From: Craspedostauros australis
Lineage: Eukaryota
NCBI GenBank assembly: GCA_030167865.1
Contig: JALAGF010005392.1
Coordinates: 1-64,000 of the forward strand
Direction of reading: 5' to 3'
DNA length: 64,000 bases
Shown here piece by piece: positions 27,047-38,292 of this stretch (its first letter is position 1; every line of letters starts with the position of its first letter). The position numbers and the translations under genes were made by a program. The notes beneath the pieces were generated by a model. It did no database searches, was not told the DNA's origin, and saw only the letters and a program-made list of their open reading frames with translations.

Positions 27047-30000
27047 ATGATCGGATTCGAGCTTGATATCAGTTTGGAATCGATGAATCACGCAGTGCAA
27101 TGCAACCACCAGCCCATCCGTCGCAGGACACGGCATGGCGAGAGCCATGGGTCTCCCACGAGCAATCCAGTCATGGAGCGGCCCATGCATGGCGGCAAGG
27201 TCGAGCATGATGCCCGCATGGAGCGGCTCCGACGAAAGGATTCTCTGATTCAGGCGTTCACCAAGGAGATCGATCATGTGCTGCGGCAGGCCAGCACCCA
27301 GGACATCGAGAGGCTCTTCTTGTGGGCTGCGTCGCTCTCGAAGAATGGCGATCATCAGCATCATCAACAGCAGCAGCAGCAGCAGCAGCAGTTGAGTCCT
27401 TCTTTGAATGGCCAACACAGCAGCGATGCCATGAGTGGGGGCAGCTGCAGCAGCGCCGACTCATCCAACAGGCCAACAGGGCCACAGCACATCAATGACG
27501 GCGTTGCGACTGATCTGCGAGGATCCCCTGGTGCCGACACCACCAGCGACCCTGCCTCGTGCGATGCCAACGGATCAGTCGATGGTGAGGCAATGGATGC
27601 CGATACGAGCAACACGAGCAACACTGACCACACTGACAACACAGACCACACTGACAACATCATGTGCGAAGCATCTGAAAGAGCATCTCCGGACATCTTC
27701 GTGAGCATGAACAGCGGCGACCTCACCTCCTCACCATACCAGAAGCACAACTGCCGCGACAAGCACAGCATGTCCTTGGTATCCACCGACACAAGTACGT
27801 TGTCGCCACATTCATCCGCAGCTGATACACGCACCGATTCTAGCACACTTCCGACCCGACCAGGATTGACCATCAATCCATCCTTCAAATCGCACAACTC
27901 GTTTGATTTCAAGCAGGTCCTGAACCAGCTATCGGACCGTCTCTCCGTCCACCTCCGCCTGCACTTCACTCCACAGGATGAACAGCGCGTCATGAACGAG
28001 CTGGAGCCGTCCCATCGTGACCAACGCCCGTTCCATGGCATGAACGATGCGGAACCAAGGCGGCCAAGCCACGCCTCGAAACACCAGAGACCCCACAGTC
28101 TCAAGCAACCTCAGAGGAAGGTGAGCTCCGACGGCCTCGCTTCTTCCGCAACTCCAGCAACTGCTCAAGGACAGGCCGGTGAACATGTGGAAGAGTGCAA
28201 GTTCATGGAACCAATCGAATCGATGATCAACGTGCACCAGCCGTGTCGCAGCAGCAGCAACGGCAGCAGCAACAACGGCAACATCCGACGCAACGAGAGC
28301 ACGGCCATGTTCAAGTTCTCGATGCCCATCAAGCCCAGGAGATCCAACTCATTCTGCGATGACAGCACCAGCAAGGTCGGTCTCGACATCGACGGCAGCG
28401 TGCAAAGCACTCGCGACGTCAATGCGTCGGGAGGGAGCAGCGTCGATGGGTCGGTGCATGCCCCACAAGCAACGCACAACTTCGTCATGACCCCCATCAC
28501 AGACGGACATCGCAGCCTGCCCCCGCCATCGCCCGTCTCCAGCGTCTCCTTCGGCGGCAGCAGCATCGGATCCGTCGTCATGAACTGGGACAAGTTCGAC
28601 GATCGGTTCCACGAGAACCAGCCACCCGCCGCCCTCGAACGCATCGACAGTCATCACACGTTCGACCGATTGCCGATGGTGCCAAGGCGCATCACGTCGC
28701 CCAGCACGTCGCCTCGGACCGAACCCAAGGCCAAGATCGAGGCCCTGCCCACGCCCTCCTTCAATCTGCGACCCAGGCTTACTTCGCTGCCATCAGTACC
28801 CCCACTCTCCATGTCGGATCATCAAGTGCACCGCAAGGATCGCATACCATTGCGCATCAAGCAATCCTACCGAACCGACAGCAACCAGGAGACTGAGTCG
28901 GATCCTTCCGTGCACGGAGAAGAGACTATCGAGCTTGAGATGAGTTCGGATGATGCCCCAACCCAGAGCAACAACAACATCAACAACAGCAACATCAACG
29001 ACGACGACGCAACGTCGCCTTTGAGTGATGCACAATCATCGAAGTCATTATGCTGTCGCCCAGAAGACTCGATCTCCATCCAACAGAGCCGCAAACCGGG
29101 ACAGACTGTGGCATCGCAAGAACCAAAGGCTGCTTCAGCAGACGCCATTGATAGCGATGACGCTGTCACTCCCAATCATGCCGACGAACTCCAAGATCAG
29201 GTGAAGCCGGTTGAAAGGCTCGATCTGCCATCTGTTGCAACCAATGAGAGTTGCAGCGCTCAACCTTGCCTCGGAATCGTGCCGAGCCAAGCAACTGGAC
29301 CAGCAACTGGACCGGCAACTGGACCAACACCTCCGTCGCGCGTCGCATCCAAGATCATAGAACCAACTCCGGCCGAGGCAATCGTGGCCGCGGCAATCGC
29401 AATAGCTGCAAGTATGGACACCGCGCCAGAAACGGCCCTTGACGACGCATCGGTGCCACCGACCGTGACAACAACAGCTGTGGTGGCAAAGATATCAGTG
29501 CCGGAAATCCTAACCCCTCCGCGACGTGTCATGTTCTCGCACGTGGACGTTCGCTTCTACGATCGATCCATCAGCGACCATCCATCTGTTTCGGACGGTC
29601 CAGCGATTGGCATCTGTTGGAAGTGGCACGAAGGCCCACGCATCCCGCTCGTGGGTGAGCGGACGCACAACTCTCAAACCGACAGCAGCAGCCTGTCACG
29701 AGACGAATCCACCTATGGCGACGATTGCTCCTCCAGGGATGACGACTTCTACCACAACTTTGGCACGAAGCGCAACTCGTGGGACAGCATCGTCGCATCG
29801 TACCACCGACGATTCCAGCAGACGAGCAACCCTCATGTCAACGTATCGACGCGCGAGTTCCTCCTGTCGCGCCGACAACGCGAGCGCATGCTCAAGGAAT
29901 GGGGCTGCTCGAATCGGGATGTGGTCGCCATGGTGCGGCGCGCCCGCCGAACGAAGAACCAACGCCGTGCCACCATCCACAATCTCAAGGCGCAGCCTGT

Positions 30001-30079
30001 GGAGCGTGTCGTCGAGAAGGCACGAAGGAAGCTGCGTCAAGTCTTGAGCAGGGAGCCGCAATCATCGAAGTCGAGGTGA
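27047..30079 (+). CDS. Disordered protein with C-terminal RVxF-led conserved domain (paralogue B), 1010 aa
   Basis: Long intronless ORF. C-terminus is RRVMFSHVDVRFY...SDHPS...GPAIGICW...RRQRERMLKEWG...KNQRRATIHNL. Confidence 0.85.
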   Translation: MIGFELDISLESMNHAVQCNHQPIRRRTRHGESHGSPTSNPVMERPMHGGKVEHDARMERLRRKDSLIQAFTKEIDHVLRQASTQDIERLFLWAASLSKNGDHQHHQQQQQQQQQLSPSLNGQHSSDAMSGGSCSSADSSNRPTGPQHINDGVATDLRGSPGADTTSDPASCDANGSVDGEAMDADTSNTSNTDHTDNTDHTDNIMCEASERASPDIFVSMNSGDLTSSPYQKHNCRDKHSMSLVSTDTSTLSPHSSAADTRTDSSTLPTRPGLTINPSFKSHNSFDFKQVLNQLSDRLSVHLRLHFTPQDEQRVMNELEPSHRDQRPFHGMNDAEPRRPSHASKHQRPHSLKQPQRKVSSDGLASSATPATAQGQAGEHVEECKFMEPIESMINVHQPCRSSSNGSSNNGNIRRNESTAMFKFSMPIKPRRSNSFCDDSTSKVGLDIDGSVQSTRDVNASGGSSVDGSVHAPQATHNFVMTPITDGHRSLPPPSPVSSVSFGGSSIGSVVMNWDKFDDRFHENQPPAALERIDSHHTFDRLPMVPRRITSPSTSPRTEPKAKIEALPTPSFNLRPRLTSLPSVPPLSMSDHQVHRKDRIPLRIKQSYRTDSNQETESDPSVHGEETIELEMSSDDAPTQSNNNINNSNINDDDATSPLSDAQSSKSLCCRPEDSISIQQSRKPGQTVASQEPKAASADAIDSDDAVTPNHADELQDQVKPVERLDLPSVATNESCSAQPCLGIVPSQATGPATGPATGPTPPSRVASKIIEPTPAEAIVAAAIAIAASMDTAPETALDDASVPPTVTTTAVVAKISVPEILTPPRRVMFSHVDVRFYDRSISDHPSVSDGPAIGICWKWHEGPRIPLVGERTHNSQTDSSSLSRDESTYGDDCSSRDDDFYHNFGTKRNSWDSIVASYHRRFQQTSNPHVNVSTREFLLSRRQRERMLKEWGCSNRDVVAMVRRARRTKNQRRATIHNLKAQPVERVVEKARRKLRQVLSREPQSSKSR

Positions 30080-31216
30080 TGCACGTTAAGAATGCACGGT
30101 AGTGATAATCGGCAGATGAGCAGCGATGCTCGCAATCTACGATCTAATTTACCAACACATCAATGCTACACTACTCTACTCTACTCTACTCTCCCGATCC
30201 ACTCGAGTTCCGAGAGATGGACGGAACAAATGCGATTGCAAATAGAGCACTACTTGTTGGTAGAGAGTATTCGAGTCCGAGGTCGCATAAGAGTTTGCCA
30301 AGTGTCATCAGCATCACGGACCTGAAGAACATTCCGGAGTGAACCCTCCAGGAAGGGTTCGACTGCTCAGGTGACGCATACCAGAACTACAAGGTGTCAG
30401 TACCACCTCATGATTCCCTCTTTCCTCACCTCACACTGTCACAAGGAACTCGAGGACACACGAGCACTACTAGCACTACTAGCACTACCAACATTCTCAT
30501 GCGGAGCTGAGAGCATGGCAAAGACGTCACTGGTCAGTGAACAAAGGAAAGAAGTATGCCGATCCTCTCGGCGTTCTTCGGAATGCGGTGAAGCAACGCT
30601 TTCATCCAAGGGCAGGTTGGATCGAATCGTGATATCTTCCATCGCTGTGGGTGTCATGTGGTGCCTTTGTTGGTTGAGTTCGCTTAAGCATGGAGGACGG
30701 ACGCTGCAAAAGACGTCGGCACAGAGCGACAACAGCGGCAATCGCAACAACTACAACCACAACAACGATGACATCATCGCCAGCAGTGGCAATAGCAGCA
30801 ACAGCAATGACGATGACGACGACTAAAAAAGTGATCCAAGACAATGGTTGCTCTTGGATTTGCCCGATCGTACTCTGCGTATGGTGCAGACTTCCACAGC
30901 GCTTCTTCTGTTCCTCATTTTGGTAACGCATTTGTGTTGCAATCTGAAAGCATGGTACCCATCTCCATCGTGGCGACGAGCGCGATGTGACTTGTGGTGA
31001 CACTTGTTATCATCCATGGCGCATGCAGCCCACGCGCCATCGATCATCCACAGAGCAGTCCCGAAGCCTTTCTCACAGGCGAAGAGAGAGAGGGAGAGCA
31101 GATGGCGTAGGAAGTAGAATACATAACTCGTACTTCGGATGTCGGTTGTGCCGACAAGTTCGACGTCAAGTGTGGAGAAGACAAGACACGAACAGAAGCG
31201 AGACCACACATGTGAC

Positions 31217-31322
31217 CAACAACAACAGGAACAACAACAGCAACAACAACAGCAACAACAACAGCAACAACAACAGCAACAACAACAGCAACAACAACAG
31301 CAACAACAACAACAGCAACAAC
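31217..31322. repeat. (AACAACAACAGC)n 12-bp tandem repeat, intergenic
   Basis: About 8 near-perfect 12-bp units are directly visible. Confidence 0.9.
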
Positions 31323-32944
31323 GATGTCAGAGAAGATAACTGGATCTTGGCAGGCAGAAAAAGAGAAAATGGGCGGCCAAACTGCTCCCAGAAACGTGGA
31401 AACGTGCATGACTGCGCTACTCAAGCATCACTCGGGATGTTTGTGAGGGGGCATTTGTTGGAGGCAACATCGGGACTATTTGTGTCCCAAAGATACAAGA
31501 CAGAGGATTCTTCGTTGGGTATCACTTGTGTGCGAAAATGCCGGAAGTTTGGCACTTCGTGAGTCGCTCATCCGTTGTTGGTTAAGTTCCGGCCGAAGGC
31601 CTTGATCGTGAGATGACCGAAGTGTCATTCAGCCAGAGCGTTGAGCGTTAAGCAGAAACTTCGCACCCTAAGCCTTCGTTGGTCATGTGGTGTTATGGGG
31701 TGGGGCAGCAACGATTATACTAGCTGGCGACGGAAGGCATAATAGACAAAACTGTGCAATGATCATTGGGCTGTCTGAGTGATACGAGTGAAAACAGGTA
31801 TCTTGCAGTACTTATGTCATGTGGATGTATGGATTGGGAAGCGTACTGTACTGTCTGTGCAGCTGAAGGGACTGAGTGCGTTCTGTGAGTTGCGGACAGT
31901 GTTTGGGTTCGTTGGTGCGTCTGTAGGGCAATAATACAAGAATGGCGCATAGCCAAGAGGAAGGGATAAAACACCAGAAAAGACCGTCTGCGAAAGGGAC
32001 GTGGTGGATGTGGCTTATGTGATCTCCTTGCGGGGCACGTCCACCATCGAAGACGCGAAACGTCATGCCGTTCTCGCTTTTGTACACGCATACAGGTACT
32101 AGCAACACATAGCAACGCCTGCGAGGCGCCTTTTGGACCGCAGCATCTCGCAGTGCCTTTGCTTGTACTCGTGAAGGGTCCACGATCACGTTGTTCGAGG
32201 CGCGTGAGGGAAGAAACAACCAACAAGGCCATCTCCATTTCCAATCCTCCTCGGCAAAGAGTGCTGCGCCGAAGCGGTCAACCATCACTTTTGCTGTTTG
32301 TCTTGCACAACTGTACCTTGCATTGGAGCCCTGGTGCTGGCGCTGTCGCTTGTGTGTTGTGCCCTCTTCCTTGTGCCCAAGACCACGACTACCATTGCCA
32401 TTACTCCGACGCCAGCGGCTGGTCCATCTCGTTCCTTTGCGATCGAGAAGCGAAGATACAGCAGCACCAGGAACAGCAAAAGGACCAACATTGCGGTAAG
32501 AAGACCGACAAGAAGAGCGGCGACAACACTCGCAACAACACTGACAAGAACTCTGGCGACAACATTGGCAAGAAGAGCACGAGAAGAGCAACAAGAACAA
32601 AGGATCGGAGGCGTCTATTTTGTTTTCGGAGAAAGTGGAAAGTGGAGAGTTGGAAGCAAGGCTCCTTTCTTCCGTTGCGTTGCTGGGATTCTTCCTCACC
32701 AAGAACATCATCGTTCTTGACACAACAGCTACTCCATTGCCATTGCCATCACCATTGTCATTGACATTGACATTGACATCACCAATACCTACACTATTGC
32801 CAACATCAACATCAACAGGTCGCGCTCTGCCCCATCCATCCATCCATCCATCGTCATCACAAGAGCATCAACCACAACACAGCCTCCCGTTCCGCAGCTT
32901 CGCTCCTGGCACCGCCATTCTATCAGGTGATATTACAATACAAT

Positions 32945-32992
32945 AAGACGCATAGCAAGACGCATAGCAAGACGCATAGCAAGACGCATAGC
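32945..32992. repeat. (AAGACGCATAGC)4 tandem repeat just upstream of the paralogue C start
   Basis: Four perfect 12-bp units ending 26 bp before ATG 33019. Confidence 0.92.
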
Positions 32993-33018
32993 AAGTCGAC
33001 AAGCAACACGAGCTGACA

Positions 33019-36000
33019 ATGATAGCACGGATCAGACGTCTCTCGCGGAGGAGCTCCAACGGCTCGTCCTCCACGGCCACCTCCGTTCAGTCAGCCAAGT
33101 ATCGCAACAAGTTGCTTCAACCGAAGCAGCCGAAGCAAACGAAGCAACCGAAGCAAACGAAGCAACCGAAGCAAACGAAACAGGCTGACAAGAAGAAGGA
33201 CAAGAAAGAGAAGAAGGACAAGGAGAGGCATGGCACCAAGCAGCAGGCGAAGCAACAGCAGCAGCTGCAGAACCAGACTCGAAGGCACAGCAGCAGACAC
33301 TTGCGGACGCAGCAGCAACAGCTACAGGCGCAGCTACAGTCGCAGCTACAGGCGCAGCTACAGCAGAAGCATTCACTTTCGGAGCGGCAGCTGGGAACCA
33401 GAGACCCCCAATCGGCGAAGAATGAGGAGACGACGAGCACCAAGTCCTGTTCCGACTGCAGCAGCGACGAGTTCGGCATCATGACATCTTCCTCAGCCTG
33501 TGCGCCTTCAACATCTTCAACGCACTCCAGCAAGGCTCCACCAGCGCCTCCTCTGGCCATGGCCTCTGCAGACAGTTCCACGCTCAGACCCAACTCCCAG
33601 TTGTCCATGTCGTCCCTGTCCGTGCGACCAACGGCGATGGAGTCCACCGGCTTCGCTCAAGACTCCTCCAGCCATCATCGCAGCACTTCTCATGATGGCA
33701 ACAGTCCTGACAATCATTCAGACAACAGTCCTGACAACAGTCCTGACAACAGTCCTGACAACAGTCCTGACAACAGTCCTGACAACAGTCCTGACAACAG
33801 TCCTGACAATCACTCAGACAACGATTCAGACAATCACTCAGATGACGAATCCGACTTCGATGCAAATGACGAGCTCGCCAACGCCTCCTCGCAGGACATC
33901 TCCATCGCAACGGAGGAGAGCAGTCGCAGGCTGGACTCCCACCAGACGGACGTCCGACGGCGCAGCCTCAGCCTCAGCTTGCCTGCGCACAGAGACACCA
34001 AGCCCGCCATGATCTTCCAGACCAGCAGCGAGTCCGTCTCCTCGTCTGCGGTCTCCGTTCTGGACACCCCCGCGCATTCCTCCTCTCATCATTCGGATGC
34101 CTCCGGTCGCTTTCACCCCAGCCGCCGTCAGCGCACCATCGCGCTCGATGATGGCGACCATGAGGACCAGGACGACCAGGACGACCATGAGGTTGACATT
34201 CACACGGAGGACAAGCGCAGCAACAAGCACACCAACGTATTCAGCACCAACTACAGCCACCGCAGTCGCAGCAACAGTTGCAACAGCTGCAACAGCTGCA
34301 ACCACAGCGAGGGGGACACCAACCACAGCGCCAGCATCAGCATCAGCACCAACTACAGCGAGGGCACAGCAGACACCAGATCATGCCTCACACCCACCAC
34401 GCCCACTTCGACTTCGACTTCAGCCTCCAGACCCCTCCTTTCGGCATCCACTTCCGCGTCCACGCCAACCTCCACACCATCCTCCAGCGCAGGCAGCACC
34501 GCTCTCGATGGCATCAAGCGCAAGGACGGAATCCCGGTCTCCGCCTTCCTATCCCCCTTCGCATCGCCGACAGAGTACAGCGACAAGAAGATGGCGCGCA
34601 AGATACGCGTCGCCAAGATGATCGCGGGCGCCATGATCCATGCCATGATGGAGGACAGCGACGACGATGATGACGACGACGACGATGACGACGATCATCA
34701 TGATCACAGCCACAACCACAACCACTACGCACCTCAGAACATCCCTGCCGTGCCGTCCCGCAAGCTCAGTCCTGCGTTTGCCGGCAACAGCATGATGCAA
34801 CCACCTCGTTTGCCATCGCGTCCGCCGCCATCGCCACGTGCGGAACACCACACCGACGACGATCGCTACCGCCGCTTCGATGACTTCGACTTCGATTCGC
34901 ACCACAGGAACTTTCCCTTTGACAATGATGATGAAAGTCAACATCAGCATGGTGATCAGGCCTCAAGTGCTCATCATGACGGCAATGACGGCAATGGCAA
35001 CAACAAAAATGGCAACCACAGCGACAACACTGAAAACGAGAACAGTGTGCGCAGCTGCGTCTCCACCAGTCTCATCCGATCGCTCAGGCGTTCCATCAAC
35101 GTCGAAGATGATGATGGCAGCGAGGAGATCCTTCTGTACCCAGTCAACGTCAACACCAATGCCAATGCCAGCCGGGAATCCGATGGAATCGACAACGCTT
35201 CCAGTGTCTCCGAAGCAGATGAACCATCCGAGCCGATCCCAAGCAGTAACAACAGCACTGTCAGCCAACGACGCAACAGCGTTGACAGTATCCACGTCGG
35301 CAACACCAACGAGGAAGTGGTCAACCGCCAACCACCAAGATCCAAGCAAAGGAGACGCGCTTCCGTCGACACAATACCACAGCTGCCGCGTCGTGGGTCG
35401 CCATCAGGGCGTCAACACCGCACGTCCGCACCAGCCTCCTTGTTGCCGCCACTGCCGCCGCTCCCCCTATCACTGCCAAACACGTTCGTTCATCACCCGC
35501 CGACCTCCATCGTCATGATGCCGCCAGCAACAGCGTCGGAACAGTCCGTCAAGGCGCAGGCCCAAGCGCATATGGAATCAAACTCCGATTCGACTCTCTC
35601 CATCCGAAAGTCTCCGGGATCCGTCTCTGCCAGATCAAACGCATCCGCTTCTTCCTCATCGTCATCCGGCTCCGTCTTCCCGCTCGAAGAACTCAGAGAT
35701 TACGTCATGCAACGCATCCCTGAAAACATCCGCCGCAAGCTGCCCGTCTCTGCGTGGAAGCAGATATTCGAGGCCTCCGTACTCAATGCCACAGGAGGTC
35801 ACTCCTCCATGCAATCCATCGCCTCCTCCACCAACTGCAGCAGCAAGGACGAGCACTACTTGGAACGCCAGCGGCAGCGCGCACGTTACTATCAGCTGCA
35901 GCGACATGACAACAGCAACCACAATGACAACCACAATGACGCCGATGACAGCACCCGCAGCGACCATTTTGCGAATGGCAGGAATTGGGGTGAAGGCGAC

Positions 36001-37830
36001 GGCCTGCAAACGCCCCAACCGGCCAGACGAACCCTCAGCGCGGGCAGCGGCGGCCAGATCCCTGTGCCGGTAAATCGCACCGTGGATGCCCATGCAGAAG
36101 ACGATCAAAACACTGGCAATAGCAACCATGACGATCACAACGACAATCACAACGACAATCACAACGACACTGACGAAGCAGACAATGCGCAGAAATCAAT
36201 GTTAAAGATTTCGCCCGCCACCGACACCACCGGCACTGTCAGTACCATCATTTCCGAAACCAATCCGAAGCAACGACAGAAACACGCTGCGTTGCACAAT
36301 GAATCTATGCACAATCGCACAGCAACATCAGAAGCACCGCAGGTCAACTTGTCCTTGCAGAACACGACGGTCTCCCTGCCTCTGCTCATGGCAAGCGACG
36401 GTGATTTCACCTCGGATTGCAACACCGATGACGATGATGACAATGATGATGACAACCACACGCACGACACCCGTTCCACCATTTCCGACATCACAACACT
36501 CACTGCAATGGTGCCCTCCAGCATCCACTCCTCCGATGTCACAGTCACAACGGACGACGACACGGTCGATCGCAACAAACCGAAGAACAAACAGCGCAAG
36601 ATGAAACCCAAGTTTGCTTACCGCAAGAGAGGTCGATGCAACACGCTGGACAATGCAGTTTTGCTCTCGCCGGATTCAAAGGCCACCATAGACACAGACG
36701 ACATCAGCGTAAAAAATGACACGAAGAATTCTGCGAAAGGTGCAGAAGACACATCCACAGCGAAAGAGCTGGAAAATGTTACATCCACACCATCGCACCG
36801 TTTGCAACGTTCCCTCTCCATTCCGACCATTCACTCACGCGAAGACGACATGGTCGATGCGCCACCCATGATTCCTCGCTCGTGGAGGACGCTGGATCTG
36901 GACAACGACACTCCGTTGCAGCCCAGCCAACGGCGCAAAAGCCTTTCCATGCACAGCGCGGCCGTGGACAGCTTTGACGCTGATGATTCTGTGGTGCAGC
37001 TGCAGGATGTCGCGTCCACAACCAGCGAAGGTCTCGTGGCTCCCATGGCACCTGGCGAAGGCGAGGATGGTTTTGATGACACGGATGACGATGACAACGT
37101 TGTTGCTGCTGCCGCCGATGATGATGAATCCAAGCACGAGTGCGACGAACAATTCAAACCGTCCTACCACAGCGGATCGTCAGCGCATCGCAACTTCGAT
37201 CAAAACGATGATGACGACGACGACGATGACCAAACGGCAGAAGAGGAAAAGAAGGAAGAAATCGAAGTCGATCGTCGCAAGAACGGCAACCACAGTTCGT
37301 CTCAATGTCGCATGCAGCAACATCAACAGCAGCACTCCTCTCATCGTGGACTTCTTTATGACAACGTCGACAGCACGATGCGTCGCCGTGCGCACAGCAT
37401 GCCAGACTTGGTGTCCAGCGGCAGACGTCATCGTCGTTCCATCACTTTCGACAAGCTCGAGATCCGGTACTACGAACAGGTGCTGGACATCAACCCCAGC
37501 ACTTCCTCAGGTCCCAGCGTCGGGTTGGGTTGGAACTGCCTCATGGCCGAAACGTACCAGCTGAAGGACATCGAGGACAGAGACGGCGTCCCGTACGCCA
37601 TGCCACGCCTCGAACGTGAGCAACTGCTGCGTGAATTGGGATACACCAACAAGGAAATTGCGAACGCCGTGCGACGGTCGCTGAAGGTCAAGAACCAACG
37701 CAAGCAAACGTACAACAACCTCTCCGCACAACGCATGGAGGAAGTTGTCGAGCGAACAAGCCGCAAGGTGAAGCGATTCTTGAGCTTCCGTTCCGGCAAG
37801 CGCAAATCTCATGTGCGGACCAGCTTCTAA
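33019..37830 (+). CDS. Disordered protein with C-terminal RVxF-led conserved domain (paralogue C), 1603 aa
   Basis: 4.8-kb intronless ORF with KQPKQT, LQAQ and DNSP repeats. C-terminus is RRSITFDKLEIRYY...DINPS...GPSVGLGW...RLEREQLLRELGY...KNQRKQTYNNL...MEE. Confidence 0.87.
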   Translation: MIARIRRLSRRSSNGSSSTATSVQSAKYRNKLLQPKQPKQTKQPKQTKQPKQTKQADKKKDKKEKKDKERHGTKQQAKQQQQLQNQTRRHSSRHLRTQQQQLQAQLQSQLQAQLQQKHSLSERQLGTRDPQSAKNEETTSTKSCSDCSSDEFGIMTSSSACAPSTSSTHSSKAPPAPPLAMASADSSTLRPNSQLSMSSLSVRPTAMESTGFAQDSSSHHRSTSHDGNSPDNHSDNSPDNSPDNSPDNSPDNSPDNSPDNSPDNHSDNDSDNHSDDESDFDANDELANASSQDISIATEESSRRLDSHQTDVRRRSLSLSLPAHRDTKPAMIFQTSSESVSSSAVSVLDTPAHSSSHHSDASGRFHPSRRQRTIALDDGDHEDQDDQDDHEVDIHTEDKRSNKHTNVFSTNYSHRSRSNSCNSCNSCNHSEGDTNHSASISISTNYSEGTADTRSCLTPTTPTSTSTSASRPLLSASTSASTPTSTPSSSAGSTALDGIKRKDGIPVSAFLSPFASPTEYSDKKMARKIRVAKMIAGAMIHAMMEDSDDDDDDDDDDDDHHDHSHNHNHYAPQNIPAVPSRKLSPAFAGNSMMQPPRLPSRPPPSPRAEHHTDDDRYRRFDDFDFDSHHRNFPFDNDDESQHQHGDQASSAHHDGNDGNGNNKNGNHSDNTENENSVRSCVSTSLIRSLRRSINVEDDDGSEEILLYPVNVNTNANASRESDGIDNASSVSEADEPSEPIPSSNNSTVSQRRNSVDSIHVGNTNEEVVNRQPPRSKQRRRASVDTIPQLPRRGSPSGRQHRTSAPASLLPPLPPLPLSLPNTFVHHPPTSIVMMPPATASEQSVKAQAQAHMESNSDSTLSIRKSPGSVSARSNASASSSSSSGSVFPLEELRDYVMQRIPENIRRKLPVSAWKQIFEASVLNATGGHSSMQSIASSTNCSSKDEHYLERQRQRARYYQLQRHDNSNHNDNHNDADDSTRSDHFANGRNWGEGDGLQTPQPARRTLSAGSGGQIPVPVNRTVDAHAEDDQNTGNSNHDDHNDNHNDNHNDTDEADNAQKSMLKISPATDTTGTVSTIISETNPKQRQKHAALHNESMHNRTATSEAPQVNLSLQNTTVSLPLLMASDGDFTSDCNTDDDDDNDDDNHTHDTRSTISDITTLTAMVPSSIHSSDVTVTTDDDTVDRNKPKNKQRKMKPKFAYRKRGRCNTLDNAVLLSPDSKATIDTDDISVKNDTKNSAKGAEDTSTAKELENVTSTPSHRLQRSLSIPTIHSREDDMVDAPPMIPRSWRTLDLDNDTPLQPSQRRKSLSMHSAAVDSFDADDSVVQLQDVASTTSEGLVAPMAPGEGEDGFDDTDDDDNVVAAAADDDESKHECDEQFKPSYHSGSSAHRNFDQNDDDDDDDDQTAEEEKKEEIEVDRRKNGNHSSSQCRMQQHQQQHSSHRGLLYDNVDSTMRRRAHSMPDLVSSGRRHRRSITFDKLEIRYYEQVLDINPSTSSGPSVGLGWNCLMAETYQLKDIEDRDGVPYAMPRLEREQLLRELGYTNKEIANAVRRSLKVKNQRKQTYNNLSAQRMEEVVERTSRKVKRFLSFRSGKRKSHVRTSF
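33700..33810 (+). repeat. (GACAACAGTCCT)n coding repeat giving (DNSP)n
   Basis: Seven perfect consecutive 12-bp units from 33721, plus degenerate flanking units. Confidence 0.92.
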
Positions 37831-38292
37831 TGATACGAGAGTGTGGCGGCCACGGGGCACAACCGAACGTGCAACTGTGAGGATATTGCTTTGCTGATCT
37901 GCTTGCATTGCGCACATACGCATGCATACGTTGAAGCAAAACAGCAATAGTGGCAGTAGTTGAAGCGGTTGAAGCAACAAAAATGAACTTGGAGTTCATT
38001 TCATCATGTTGCTGATGAAGAACAAAACTAAGGCGAAGCGGCGATCTCGTTGCATGATAGGTATTCGTAAGGAGAACAGTTAGGATCGTTCCACGCCACT
38101 CCCCCACTTGTAAACGCGATCCTTTCTTCGACTAGTGCACGTAGTACGAGCACTCTGTATGCCTCGCTTGGTGGAGAGTCACATATCCGTACTGTGGCCC
38201 ACGGATACTCGTGAAGAACTGGTACATGGATGCAGGCATGTCCTCTCTACTCGCAGTACCAATATGCAGAGCAGCAGCAGCAACGTCAACAA

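Noticed and set aside
30371..32843. Poly-Q, poly-N and poly-V ORFs between paralogues B and C
   Set aside because: Products of AAC/AGC repeats that are open in several frames, with no independent coding evidence.
32945..33810. Short direct repeats as a possible CRISPR-like array
   Set aside because: Units are 12 bp, head-to-tail with no unique spacers, there are no cas genes, and the context is eukaryotic.
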